From Octopus sinensis (lineage: Eukaryota), in assembly GCF_006345805.1 (NCBI RefSeq), contig NC_043011.1, forward strand, positions 23,448,464 to 23,512,463: 64,000 nucleotides of DNA, written 5' to 3'. This document shows, piece by piece, positions 1-12,035 of this stretch (position 1 is its first letter; every line of letters starts with the position of its first letter). The notes under the pieces are model-generated. The model was given only the letters and a program-made list of their open reading frames with translations. It was not told the DNA's origin and did not search any database. The position numbers were made by a program, and so were the translations under genes.

Positions 1-643
1 TGTTCTGCTTCATCCAGAATATCTATAGCTTGACTAACTGAGAAACTGAACTCCTACCAAATAACTAACCTATTACACTTAACAATTAATTAATGCTTAT
101 ATTCACTATTCCTATTGTTGAATAAGGATAGTAAATATAGTCAAGTGTTAAGCAAAGTAGTTTAGGTATCAGGAGTGAGTTCAATGCTCCAAGTTAGTCG
201 AGCTATTATAGCATCACAATTAGTAGAATAACTAATCAGAATTTCCCTGGAATGAGAGCAGTCTAGTGTGTGGAGTTATCAAAAGGTTTGGATTCAATTT
301 TCAAGAACATTACCAAATAAAAACAATCACACGAAGAAAGCTGGTAAAAACAGTTGCTGTCAGATACATTGTGAATATAACAATCAAGATGAGAACACTA
401 GCCTGAATATATCAGTGAATATGATAAAAAAGATAGTTCCTCATTTCAATTTTTGAAATGAAATTTACCATTTAAAAAGCAGCAATAGCAGGTATTTGAC
501 ATATACTTAAAGCACTGCATATATAGTTCAGCAAATGTTTATTGAGCCAAGACAAAAGGAAAGGGTTTTTGTTAGAATATGATAACCTCAATGTGCAATC
601 TAATAGATCTTTAATGGGACAGAAAATCTAGAAGTTGTACTAA

Positions 644-1030
644 GTGCAGGTGTAGCTGTGTGATAAGAAGCTTGCTTCCCAACTATATGGTTCCTAGTTC
701 AATCCCTTGGGCAAATGTCTTCTACTATAGCTTCAGGCCAACCAAAACCTTGTGAGTGGAATTGGTAGACTGAAACTGTAAGAAGTCCTTCATATGTGTG
801 TGTGTTTGTCCCCCCCACCACCACCACTATCACTGCTTGACAACTGGTGTTGGTGTGTTTATGTCCCCATAACTTAGTAGTTTGGCAAAAGAGACTGATG
901 AAATAAGTACCAGGCTTAAAGAAAAAGAAATAAGTATATACTCGGGTCAATTTGTTCGACTAAAATGTCATAGGGCAGTGCCCCAGCATGGCCACAGCCT
1001 AATGACCCAAACAAGTAAAAGACAAAAGAT
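644..1030 (+). mobile_element. tRNA-derived SINE, family B (CORE-like GGGCAAGTGTCTTCTAC segment, internal (TG)n)
   Basis: tRNA-like head (GCTGTGTGATAAGAAG...GTTC), then GGGCAAATGTCTTCTACTATAGC, (TG)n, and tail AAACAAGTAAAAGA. The same sequence recurs many times in the window. Confidence 0.8.
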
Positions 1031-1618
1031 ACTACAAAGTAGCATTAAGCAATAAAAAAGCACCAAAAAAAAAAGGAACTAAGACATGTAAATATAAAGA
1101 GAATTATTTATCCAGTATGTTACAGTCCGCTCAGCTGGTAAAAATGAGTAATCCTGAGATGGACTAGCATCCCATCCAGGGAGGAATATATATCTCAGAG
1201 AAACTGGGAAACCAGCCCTATGCTTTTTGCAGAGTAATGTGAATTAACTAATGTTGCTTTTACTTAAATTATATCAATAAAGAATAAGCATGTGTGTATG
1301 ACAATAAAGAGAGCAATGAGAGTTTAAAAAAAAAACATGGTGCTCACTCTCTCAGTCTGTTAAAGACAAACAAAAAGAGAACCAAGTTGGATTTGCAAAG
1401 AATATTGAATCCTTTTGATACCACCCTGCCTGAGACCACTCCTGGGTCTATGATACAATCTTCTTGCTTTAAAGTGATCTAAATAATAACTTTCCATCAA
1501 AATTTCATGTTAGTTTATGTTCCAAATATCTGCTTAACAATTAAATTATTCTATGCATTCTAGTCTGTTTTGTCCATGTGTTGTACTTATGCCAAGGGAG
1601 CTAATAACTCTAATGGAG

Positions 1619-1621
<3 letters not shown>

Positions 1622-1660
<39 letters not shown>
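1622..1660. repeat. (TA)n microsatellite
   Basis: Perfect TA run. Confidence 0.95.
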
Positions 1661-1665
<5 letters not shown>

Positions 1666-2640
1666 GAGAGAAACAGACAGGGAAGAAGGGAAGACTAAGA
1701 GAGAGGAGGGGTAGGTAGGTAGGTGAGTCTACAGATATATCAACAGATGTTCAGAGAGAGAGATATATATTAATAGATATACAAGCATATATGTAGCTGA
1801 ACTGAACTGAAAAGAAATGAAAATAATCTCAATTGGTTAATAACTTTGACTGAACCGTGGTGGTGGTGGTTGGACAGTGAAAAGTGCAGTTTTATACACA
1901 CACACACACACACACAAACATGTTTTATCATTTTAATTCATCTTTTATTCCATAAACTGTGAAGTACATCATATCTGTCAAACATATTAAAAGAAGGAAA
2001 ATAAGCAATACCTTCTAAGTTCATTTCAATTATATTTGAAAGTAGAGTTTCGATTAAATGATAGGATTTCAACAGAATTTCTTTGTATTTCCTTGCTTGT
2101 GTTTAATATAATAACATAATGTTTTTAAATATGCTGGCTTACACTGTGGAATTTTCACAGGTCCTGCTAGTCACAGTTAGTTTACTAAATTCTTCATTAT
2201 TTTAAAAATTAGATGAGGCAAAGGAAGTGTATTTGAACAGAATCATGATAGTGAAAGGTTTAGACAAGGAAAACAAGTAGTTTGTTGATGGCTGTCTTTA
2301 AGTTGTAAAACAAATGAAGTAGGAAACCAAAAAAACCTTATTTCATTAGTGTGCTGTTGGCTTTTTAATGTGCAATCGAAAGAAATATTGCTAGGTAAGA
2401 TCTCAGCCATCTGTGACACTTAGATATGTTTTAACTTCAGAAATGGATCAATGGAGAGAGAAGTTAGAGAATTTCATGTAATTATTTGATAACTAAAAAA
2501 AGACTAGAACAGAATAATCATGCAAATGATATGTTCTAATCACCATTGTAATTTATGCTGTAAGTGTGTTTTAAATTCCTGTAAAGTTTTTTGAAACAAT
2601 ATGAAACCCAAAAGAAAGGAAGAAGGGAACTAATGGTAGG

Positions 2641-3015
2641 TACAGGCATAGCTGTGTGGTAAGAAGTCTGCTTCTCAACCATATGATTCCGGGTTCAGGC
2701 CCACTACAGTACATGGTACCTTAGGCAAATGTCTTCTGTATAGCCTCCGGTTGACCAAAGCCTTGTGAGTGGATTTGGTAGATGGAAACTGAAAGAAGCC
2801 TGTCGTGTGTGTGTGTGTGTGTGTGTGTCTTTGTGTCTGTGTTTAACACTACTACCGCTTGACAACTGGTGTTGGTGTGTTTATGTCCCTGTAAGTAAAC
2901 ACCAGGCTTTAAAAATTAAAAAAATGAGTACTGTGGGGTCAGTTCATTCAACTAAAAATTCTTACATGTGTTGCCCCAGGATGACCGCAATCTAATGATT
3001 GAAACAAGTAAATGA
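2641..3015 (+). mobile_element. SINE family B copy
   Basis: Colinear with 644-1030. Confidence 0.8.
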
Positions 3016-4360
3016 TAAAACCCCACCGCAAGGTGACAGTGAGTGACTTGGTCCCAATAAAAAAAATCTTAGGACTCTTATAAATATTGATGCATTAGGA
3101 ATGGAATTGGCATAAAAGAAGACAAAGATTATGAAATGTTGAATTAAACATTCTCTCTCTCTCCCTCTCCCATTGTTTTCTTTCTTCTTAACTAAAACAC
3201 CTACTGATAACCACTTGATTATAATGTAGGAGTCAAATCTATTTTTTGTTAATTAGGCAAACCAAAACAATCAAGAGGATGTTTTACTTAGGAGTACAAC
3301 ACAATTGATGTAGTCAGGGTCTGGACTAATAAAATGGAGGTAAAGAAAGAGAGTGGGAGAAAAAGAGAAAAGAAAGATGAAGAGATGGAGAGAGAAGGAG
3401 AGAGAGCAAGAGAGAGAAAGAGAGCAAGAGAGAGAGAGAGCAAGTGAGAGAGAGAGTATATTTATTTCTTTCATAAAATTTCTGAGTTTCAAATTTAATG
3501 TCAATCAGAGCAAATGCTAAGAGAATTAATGACTGAAAAATTAACAACAAAGAAAACAAGAACTTCACACAATTTGTAACAGATCAAATGATATTTGCAT
3601 TTTGATAGAGCTATATTCATTTTTCTTTTATTTCGTAACAGTAACATGTACTATTTAAGTATCAAAAAGCTCTTTTACATACATATATATATATATATGT
3701 GCTACATGGCTATATTCTTTTCCACTTGGAATATTATTACAGAAAAAAAAACACGTGCACATACGTGTGTGTGTGAGTGTGTTTGTGTTTTAAATGTCTT
3801 TCATCACAAATGCTATTGTTTTAGTTCCAACATGCAATCTCGGAGAAAATACAACTCGCTAATTTTTTTTTTATTACTTTTTATTTTAAACAATAGAAAT
3901 TACCCACAGCTCAAGAAAATACCATCAAGAGGATTAACATTATAACTGAAGTTATTAAACTAATGCTGAAGAGACATTGGCTAAGAGAAACATTTGAAAT
4001 ATAATAGTAAAAACAGAAACAAAAAAAAACTGAAAGACAACTTCCAGTAGGATAAAGTTCATTGAGTAAGGGCTTGTCAAGTAACAGAACTCATTTATGT
4101 TCAGACACAACAAAACAAATTATAGATGCTCTATATAAAAGTCAATATATAATTCAGCACACTCCAACCAAATAATATAGCTAAGACAATGTTAACAATA
4201 TTAGCGACTTAACCAAATAAACAAGCTAACATAGTACTTACAAAACTAGTATAATTTGCTGATGTAATTTGAAACACATTCAATAGGACACAGTTAACAA
4301 CATATGTTAACTGCATGCTAAATACTATGCTAATCATCTTCTTCAGCCTGTCAGTAATTA

Positions 4361-4556
4361 TCATCATCATCATCATCATCATCGTTTAACGTCCGTTTTC
4401 CATGCTAGCATGGGTTGGATGGTTCAACTGGGGTCTGGGAAGCCAGTAGGCTGCACCAGGCCCAGTCTGATCTGGCAGTGTTTCTACAGCTGGATGCCCT
4501 TCCTAACGCCAACCACTCCGTGAGTGTAGTGGGTGCTTTTTACGTGCCACCTGCAC
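4361..4556 (-). mobile_element. SINE-like repeat, family C, with (GAT)n tail
   Basis: (CAT)n followed by CGTTTAACGTCCGTTTTCCATGCTAGCATGGG...GGATGCCCTTCCTAACGCCAACCAC. Near-identical copies at 14940-15115 and, inverted, at 30460-30705. Confidence 0.8.
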
Positions 4557-5362
4557 ATAATTATGTTGGTTTCAAATTTTAGCACAAGGCCAGCAATTTC
4601 AAAGGTGAGGGTAAATTGATTACATTGACTCCAGTACTAAACTGGTTCTTATTTTATTGAGCCTAAAATGATGAAAGGCAAAGATGACCTCAATGGAATT
4701 TGAACTCAGAACATAAAGACAGACAAAATGCTTAGAGGCACAATTCAGCCAGCTCACCGCCTTATTAGCAGTAATTATATTGATTGTTAATGCTAATATA
4801 ATTAGCAGCATGCTAAGCAATACCGATGTTATATCATCATCATCATCATTATTTAATGTCCATGTTCTATGCTGATGTGAATTGGGTGGATGGTTTGTTA
4901 GGATCCAATGGATCCAAGGACTGCATCAGGCTCTGATTTCTGCTTCAGCACGGCTTCACTGGCTGGATGCCCCTCCTAATGTGAACCACATTACAGCATG
5001 TACTGGGTACTTTTTCTCATGTCACCAGCACTACTGAGGTCATTGTAAGCAATGAATTGAAAGAATCACAAGAGCATCAGACTAAATGCCAGTATTATTA
5101 GCTTGTGTCTCTTTAAGTTCTAAGTTCAAATACAAATGAAGTAAGCTTGACCTTTCATCCTTCTGGAATTGATAAAATAAAGAACCAGTCAAGTACTGAA
5201 TCAATTTCAGTGATGCATCCTGGATGTGAATCCAATTGCAACAGAAGTCAAGAAGATGTCAAACAACACAAAATGATGCAGTTAATATGATCAACAATGC
5301 TCTAAATAACACTATTAATGTGGTATTTACTATCAAAACAAATACTATGCAAAACACCTCAC

Positions 5363-5410
5363 AATACACACACCAATGATTACAGCATAGTTCAAACATT
5401 TGTTCTCCAA
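5363..5410 (-). CDS. Possible 48-nt internal exon (LENKCLNYAVIIGVCI or xGEQMFELCCNHWCVY)
   Basis: Minus-strand acceptor ttcaatttgttcacag and donor gtgagg; length divisible by 3; two frames open. No homology recognised. Confidence 0.25.
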
Positions 5411-6981
5411 CTGTGAACAAATTGAAGGCAATATAATAACAGTAAAGAATGATTCAGTTATCATTGCTTTGATGGATTAATAGATTAGTGGTGATGTTGT
5501 TTAACCCACAGTCAACTCTGATTGAGTATATCTATAATCACAGACATTCCAGCTGTGGCAATCTCGTCTATTTTAGGGGCATATAACTATACATAATCTA
5601 ATGTGAAGGCATATGGTCTAATGGTTAAGCTGTTGCACTCACAGTCAAGAGACCATGGTTTCAATTTCCAGACAGGGTGGAGCATTGTGTCCTTGAATAA
5701 AACACTTCATTTACACTCCATTTTCACATTGTTCTGCGATCACCTCAACATCTGATGTATAGCACACTTGTGCACCTGTACAGGTAATTTCAATTTGATG
5801 GGGGGGGGGCAAGCTTATGCACAACACAAACACTTGACCACTAGAAACAAATCATCTGTTTCAGTTCTCCAGCAAGAAGTGACAGAACCATCTTCCTCAG
5901 ACTTGAAAGATTACCATTAAGTCTAATGTGTTCTTCCTTATTTAATTCATTGTAATGTGACATGCAAAGGAAATTTGGCTGCTATTTATAGCAGGTCAAG
6001 CAATCAAGCAGAAATTATCTCGTTACTTTATGGTGCATGTAAAAATAATCATTGGTGTGTGATGCAATAATCACTGAAGTGTGGTCTAGTAATTATTACA
6101 AGTGTGTGATGCAATTGTTGAAAAAGTATAGTGCAATCATTAATGAGATGTGCTGTAATGATTGTATAATTGTAAGTGGTCTATAGTGTTGTTATTGCTT
6201 AACTCCAGATCATCCTTGACTGAGCAAACATCACACACACACTCACAAACAATTTTTTTTTAACATGGTAAGAGTGATTTGAGGGAAATTTGTTTGCAAA
6301 TTTTAGTGAGTCAAAACTCCTTCATTGGCTTGTGGTTGTGGTTATGGTGTATTGATTGGTGGAGGCAGTTCATAATGATAGATGTGGGTGTGTCTTGTCG
6401 AATGTTTAGTGGTGCATAGCATAATGATTGATAGGATGGGAGTGTCTAAGGCTTAGTGATGTGTTTAATGTAATAGGAGGTGTGGACTGTGTGTGTGTGT
6501 GTGTACATTTATGTATAATGCTTTCTTTTTAACGGTGTACTTGTTCTTATATTTAACACCCATTTTCTCATAAAAGAAAGGGTTGAAGAAGGGACTTATT
6601 TGGCCAAATACCCTTCTTGTCACCAAATTTTACCTGATTTCCAACTAAAGAATTTTTTTTCCCACTGGTCTTCACAAGCACGGTGGCCAGTCATATTATT
6701 ATCAACAAGGGATGTAAATACCATATCACTGTTTCACTGAGATGATGACAAGTGAAGCTGCAAAACATCAACATACAGTCACACAACTACACACACACAT
6801 ATAAGTGTAGGCATGGCTGTGTAGATAAGCAGTTTACTTTGCAACTATGCAGTTTTGGGTTCAGTACCATTGCATGGCACTTGGGCAAGTATTTTTTACT
6901 ATAGCTCCAGCCCAACCAATATCTTGTGGGTGAATTTAGTAAATGGAAACTGAGTGGAAACCCATCATATATACACACATG

Positions 6982-7013
<32 letters not shown>

Positions 7014-7728
7014 ACTATTGTAGGATAAATTTTTTTTCAGAGAAAAAATTTTTATCAATGGCCAGCATATCAAAAAATACCTTTAAAGGTTAAATTTATA
7101 AATAATTTACAAAATAAGGGCAAAAGAAAAATTCTAATGCCAAATATGCACACACACACATAAGTGGCTTCCATACAGTTTCCATCTACCAAATTCACTT
7201 ACAAAGCATTGGTTAGCTCAAGGCTATAACAGAACACATCTGCCCAGGGTTTCCTGCAGTGATATTGAAATCAAAGCCATGTGGTTATGAAGTGAACTCA
7301 GTACTACAACAACCACATCTATACCTATGATTTGTGTAACATTTAAATATCTCATGTAGTGTAAACATGACTGGTATGCAGTGTAAAGGTTGGTGTGAGA
7401 TCAGATTGTGTTTTAGCCCAAAGTCTATCCTGACTAATTAGAGATATGATCTAGTGCATTCCAGCCATGACCATGTCATCTTTCAGTGCATGTTTCTATA
7501 CCTAGAACTACCTCATTACCCAATATGTCATTCCTTCTTTAAAATGCTAATTTGTGATATATGAGATTTGGTTGTTCTTTCTAGCAGGTCAAACAACCAC
7601 ATAGTTACTTCTTTGCAAGTTTGCTATGTTTAACTGTAAGTGGTATGCAGTGTAAAGGTTTGTATATGGAACAATGGTTAGTGAGTAGGATAAAGGGTAG
7701 CAGAGTGTAGCATAAGGATTAATGGTGA

Positions 7729-7957
7729 ATCAACCCTAGTACTGGGCTGGTACCTATTTTATCAACCCTAGTACTGGGCTGGTACCTATTTTATCAACCC
7801 TAGTACTAGGCTGGTACCTATTTTATCAACCCTAGTACTAGGCTGGTACCTATTTTATCAACCCTAGTACTGGGCTGGTACCTATTTTATCAACCCTAGT
7901 ACTAGGCTGGTACCTATTTTATCAACCCTAGTACTGGGCTGGTACCTATTTTATCAA
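7729..7957. repeat. 32-bp minisatellite, 7 copies (ATCAACCCTAGTACTRGGCTGGTACCTATTTT)
   Basis: Units start at 7729, 7761, 7793, 7825, 7857, 7889 and 7921. A single G/A position varies; there are no spacers. Confidence 0.95.
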
Positions 7958-8049
7958 GCCAAAGTTGATTCCAGAAGGAAATGAACTTGGAATGTAAATT
8001 AAATACCATCAAACACTTTGTCTACCAATTTTACTTATTTTTAGATGGA

Positions 8050-8089
<40 letters not shown>
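8050..8089. repeat. (AAT)n microsatellite
   Basis: Perfect trinucleotide run; it produces the poly-N ORF at 7981-8199. Confidence 0.95.
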
Positions 8090-8091
<2 letters not shown>

Positions 8092-8256
8092 TCTTTCTAC
8101 TATAGGCACGAGGCTGAAATTTGGTGGTGGTGGGGGCTAGTCAATTGCATTGACCCCAGTGTTTCACTGGTACTTAATTTATCGACCCAGAAAGGATGAA
8201 AGACCAAGTCGACCTCAGTGGAATTTGAACTCAGAAGGTAAAGACTGGCAAAATAC

Positions 8257-8479
8257 CTATTTCTTTATTACCCACAAGGGGCTAAACACAGAGGGGACAA
8301 ACAAGGACAGACATAGGTATTAAGTCGATTACATCGACCCCCAGTGCGTAACTGGTACTTAATTTTTCGACCCCGAAAGGATGAAAGGCAAAGTCGACCT
8401 CGGCGGAATTCGAACTCACAACGTAACGCAGACGAAATACCGCTAAGCATTTCGCCCGGCGTGCTAACGTTTCTGCCAG
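8257..8479 (-). mobile_element. Young tRNA-derived SINE, family A, nested in an older family A copy
   Basis: Head GCTGGCAGAAACGTTAGC, B-box-like GAGTTCGAATTCC, core GTCGACTTTGCCTTTCATCCTTTCGGGGTCGA. TSD CTGGCAAAATAC at 8245-8256 and 8480-8491. Confidence 0.9.
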
Positions 8480-8817
8480 CTGGCAAAATACTGTTAAGCA
8501 TTTTGCCCAGCATGCTAACAATTGTGCCAGCTTGCCAATAATAGTTAATAATAAACCAGGCAATGACTCGTATGGTATCTGATCTTAACTGATTGGAAGT
8601 GTTAACATGTACATATTTTGTCTTGGGGTAAAGGATGAGCTACAGATAATATTTTGCTCAATACCACAGATTTGCATTCAGTTGCTCAACCATAATCAGT
8701 TGAGCATGTCCCTTAGAGGCTGACGATACAAGCATCTGTTAGTTCAAAAGTTCACAAAACAAAGACAGGTGAGGGAGCAAGCAGGTGTATTAGATATACA
8801 CACACACATAAATATAT

Positions 8818-9075
8818 GGCAGGCGGCGAGCTGGCTCTAAGGCGCTGAGCTGGCAGAAACGTTAGCACGCCAGGCGAAATGCGTAGCCGTATTTCATCTG
8901 CCGTTACGTTCTGAGTTCAAATTCCACCGAGGTTGACTTTGCCTTTCATCCTTTCAGGGTTGATAAATTAAGTACCAGTTACGTGCTTAGGTTGATGTAA
9001 TTGACTTAATCCGTTTGTCTGTCCTTGTTTGTCCCCTCTGTGTTTAGCCCCTTGTGGGTAGTAAAGAAATAGGAT
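8818..9075 (+). mobile_element. SINE family A copy
   Basis: Full-length match to 8257-8479 in the opposite orientation. Confidence 0.85.
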
Positions 9076-9299
9076 TCTTTCAGTTTCTATCAAATCTACT
9101 CATAAGGCTTTGGTTGGCCTGAGACTATAGTAGAAGACACTTGCTCAAGGTGCCACACAGTGAGACTGAACTCAGAACTATGTGGTTGGAAAGCAAAGGT
9201 TTAAGCACACTTTAATGTTAGATCTAGTATGCCTCAGATCAACAGAAAATCTTTAGGACAACAAAATAATAAGTTGATTTCTTCTACTGAGGGATCACA

Positions 9300-9560
9300 G
9301 TCCTAATACTATAGGCATTTAGTAAGAATGTCTCAAAAAAGAACTGCTGGACAGGTTTTATGGGCAAAACTGATTGGCAGGAGACCCAGGTGTGGACTGT
9401 AAACAAGATGGGTAGATAACATCGATGAGTTTGGTTGGTCTAACTTGGGAACCCAGCCAAATCAATTGGAGACGGTTGCATTTGACAGGACCTAATGGAA
9501 GGTGTACGTGAGGATTTTGTCCCTGCAATCACCCCAGCCACAGGAATAAGTAGGCAAAGA
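9300..9560 (+). mobile_element. Decayed 3' fragment of a non-LTR retrotransposon (RTE-like)
   Basis: Translates with stops to ...LWAKLIGRRPRCGL*TRWVDNI...LETVAFDRT*W, resembling the GRP..RW.D.I...A.DR..W C-terminus of RTE ORFs. Confidence 0.5.
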
Positions 9561-10976
9561 TGAGGGATAAAACAAGATTTCTTTCATTTCAATCCATCAC
9601 AGTGATTTCAAATTTTGGCACAAAGCCAGCAATTTCGAGAGAGGGAGTAAGACAATTACATAGACCCAAGCGCTCAACTGGTACTCTTTTCATTGACTAC
9701 AATAGGATGAAAAGTAAAGATGACCTTTGTGGAGTTTGAACTCAGAATGTGAAGAAAGATGAAATGCAGCAAAGCATCTTGCCGGGTGTGCTAACTATTC
9801 TGCCAGCTTGCTCCATCACCTTCACTCCATCACTAATATTTTTAATAATAATGCAATTTATGTTTATTGTGGAGATTTTGTGTAGTTAATGAATGGTAGA
9901 AGAAATTTGTGTAGTAATGAGGGATAAAGAATAATCTCAGAAGTGAACAAAGTTCCAACTAATGACAAGAAATTGGTCAAAAGAAATAAGTATTACAATA
10001 GGAAGAAGTCAGTTAATTCAATAACAGAAAGTTCGATGAAGAAGACAAGAGGATATGTAAACTAGTGTCCACCAAATGGTCAATGCTTTTAATGATCAAT
10101 TTCTTCTGTTAATACTGTGTAAATGGGTTTTCAACTTTATCTCTGTTTTATATATAAGACATGGCCACTGAAATTTACTGTGTGAATCACCAAAAGAACT
10201 AAAATTTCTGTATTATCATATTTAATTTTTGTATTTTTTGTTTGAGACTAAGATTTGGTGAGTCCAATCTTCAACTGGTGCCACATAATTGCATGTGTGT
10301 GTGAATATATATGTGTGTGTGTATGTGTGTGTGTGTGTGTGTGTGGAGGGCCCATGGCCTAGTGGTTAAGATGTTGCATGCCCAATTGCAAGCGTGTGGT
10401 TTCAATTCCTGGACAAAGTGGTATGTTGTATTCTTGAGCAAAGCACTTAATATCTCAGAGCTCTGCCATCATTTCGGCACAACAGGCACCTGTACAGGTC
10501 AAATTTTGATGGAGGGAGTGAGCTAATGAGCAGGACAAACATTTGATCACCAGAAACAAATCATTTTGTGCAGGTTGTTCAGCAAGAAATTGTAGAACCG
10601 TCTCTCTTGGACTACAGGGGACTATCTGGTACTCCATTGGTTACGATGACAAGGGTTCCAGTTGATCCGATCAATGGAACAGCTTGAAAATGAAACTAAT
10701 GTGCATGTGGCTGAACAGTCCAAAGACACACGTACCCTTAACATAGTTCTCAGGAAGATTCAGCATGGCACAGAGTGTGACAAGGCTGGCCCTTTGGGTT
10801 ACAGGTACTACTCATTTTTGCAAGCTGAGTGGACTGGAGCAATATGAAATAAGGTGTCTTGCTCATGGACGGACACAATGTGTCGCCAGGAACTGAACTC
10901 ATGACCTTATGATTATGAGTCAAATATCCTAACCACTAAGCCACACGCCTTTACACAGGAGACTATCTACATATAT

Positions 10977-11019
<43 letters not shown>

Positions 11020-11024
<5 letters not shown>

Positions 11025-11495
11025 AAACCTGAAATGTATAGTTTATTATATAAAATCCATTCTGTCTGTCTGTGTGTGTGTCTTCTAGGATCTCGGGCAT
11101 CCTCCATCCGAATGCGCTCAAATTTGATATGTAGATACCAACGGTATCAGGGTGTGTATAAGTCTTGAAAAGATTACAAAAATCAATTCCAGGTGAGAAT
11201 GCGATTGATAAAGCTGTGGGAACGTACATTTGTATGCACAAGTACATCAGCTGTTGTGATGTACTTACTGGTACTTTAAACTCTTCGGTTGCATATTTGA
11301 GTGAATAAAATCGTTTTTCTTTGGAATAGAAAAAAGGTCTATATTTTTTCTTTTGCTGGTGTCTCAAATTTAGGTTAAATCAGTGTTTCTCAAAGGGGAG
11401 GCTTATGGGACGGTCAGCCAAGTTGTTTTGAGAAAATTTTGTTTAAATGTTTAACAACTCAGCACCGTCCATTGGGCGGGGGGCGTTTTGCTCGT
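11020..11495 (+). mobile_element. Non-autonomous Helitron-like (DINE-1/HINE-type) element
   Basis: TATATAAAA start, (GTCT)n/(GT)n tract, CCGAATGCGCTCAAATTTGATATGTAGAT core, subterminal hairpin CCGTCC-ATT-GGGCGG (11465-11479), and end GCTCGT (degenerate CTAGT). Confidence 0.55.
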
Positions 11496-11502
11496 GTATG
11501 TA

Positions 11503-11610
11503 TATACTTTATTTAAAAGTAGCAGAAAATTCAACAAAACTTGTTACTCTGAGTTTCACGTTAGAGTAACAGGTTTTGTTGAATTTTCTTCTGCTTTTAA
11601 ATAAAGCATA
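11503..11610. repeat. Fold-back inverted repeat (~48-bp arms, 12-nt loop)
   Basis: TACTTTATTTAAAAG...TGTTACTCT versus AGAGTAACAGG...CTTTTAAATAAAGCATA, with a few mismatches. Confidence 0.9.
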
Positions 11611-11829
11611 TTACTCAACCACTGGTATTTGAGTACTCTTTTTTCCACCTTGTTTCACATTTATGTGTTTACTCCGGTATATATATATATATATATATAT
11701 ACATATATAGATTATTTTATGTGCAACTCCATTGTCTCCCGAGACAAAAAGGATGCCAACATATATATATATATATATATAAAACTTACTTGGAAAAGGA
11801 TGCATGGCATTCATTCATATGATAATATA

Positions 11830-11882
<53 letters not shown>

Positions 11883-11915
11883 TATGTACATACGTATATG
11901 TACATGCCAGCATCT

Positions 11916-11964
<49 letters not shown>

Positions 11965-12035
11965 CATATGTGGGCACAGGACGCCATGAAATGTGTACAA
12001 CAAAAGAATACAAAGCATGAGTACATGGAACATAT

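Noticed and set aside
300-3980. Transmembrane-looking minus-strand frames (ASVLILIVIF... near 390, QCLFSISLITSVIML... near 3980; similarly 29236-29357)
   Set aside because: T-rich strands give hydrophobic codons by chance; donors are weak and phases do not chain convincingly.
7729-7957. CRISPR-like array of 32-bp repeats
   Set aside because: Units are directly adjacent with no spacers, there are no cas genes, the context is eukaryotic, and the unit derives from a SINE.
8818-8930. tRNA genes suggested by A- and B-box motifs
   Set aside because: These are SINE heads: no complete cloverleaf, and each continues into a repeat body.
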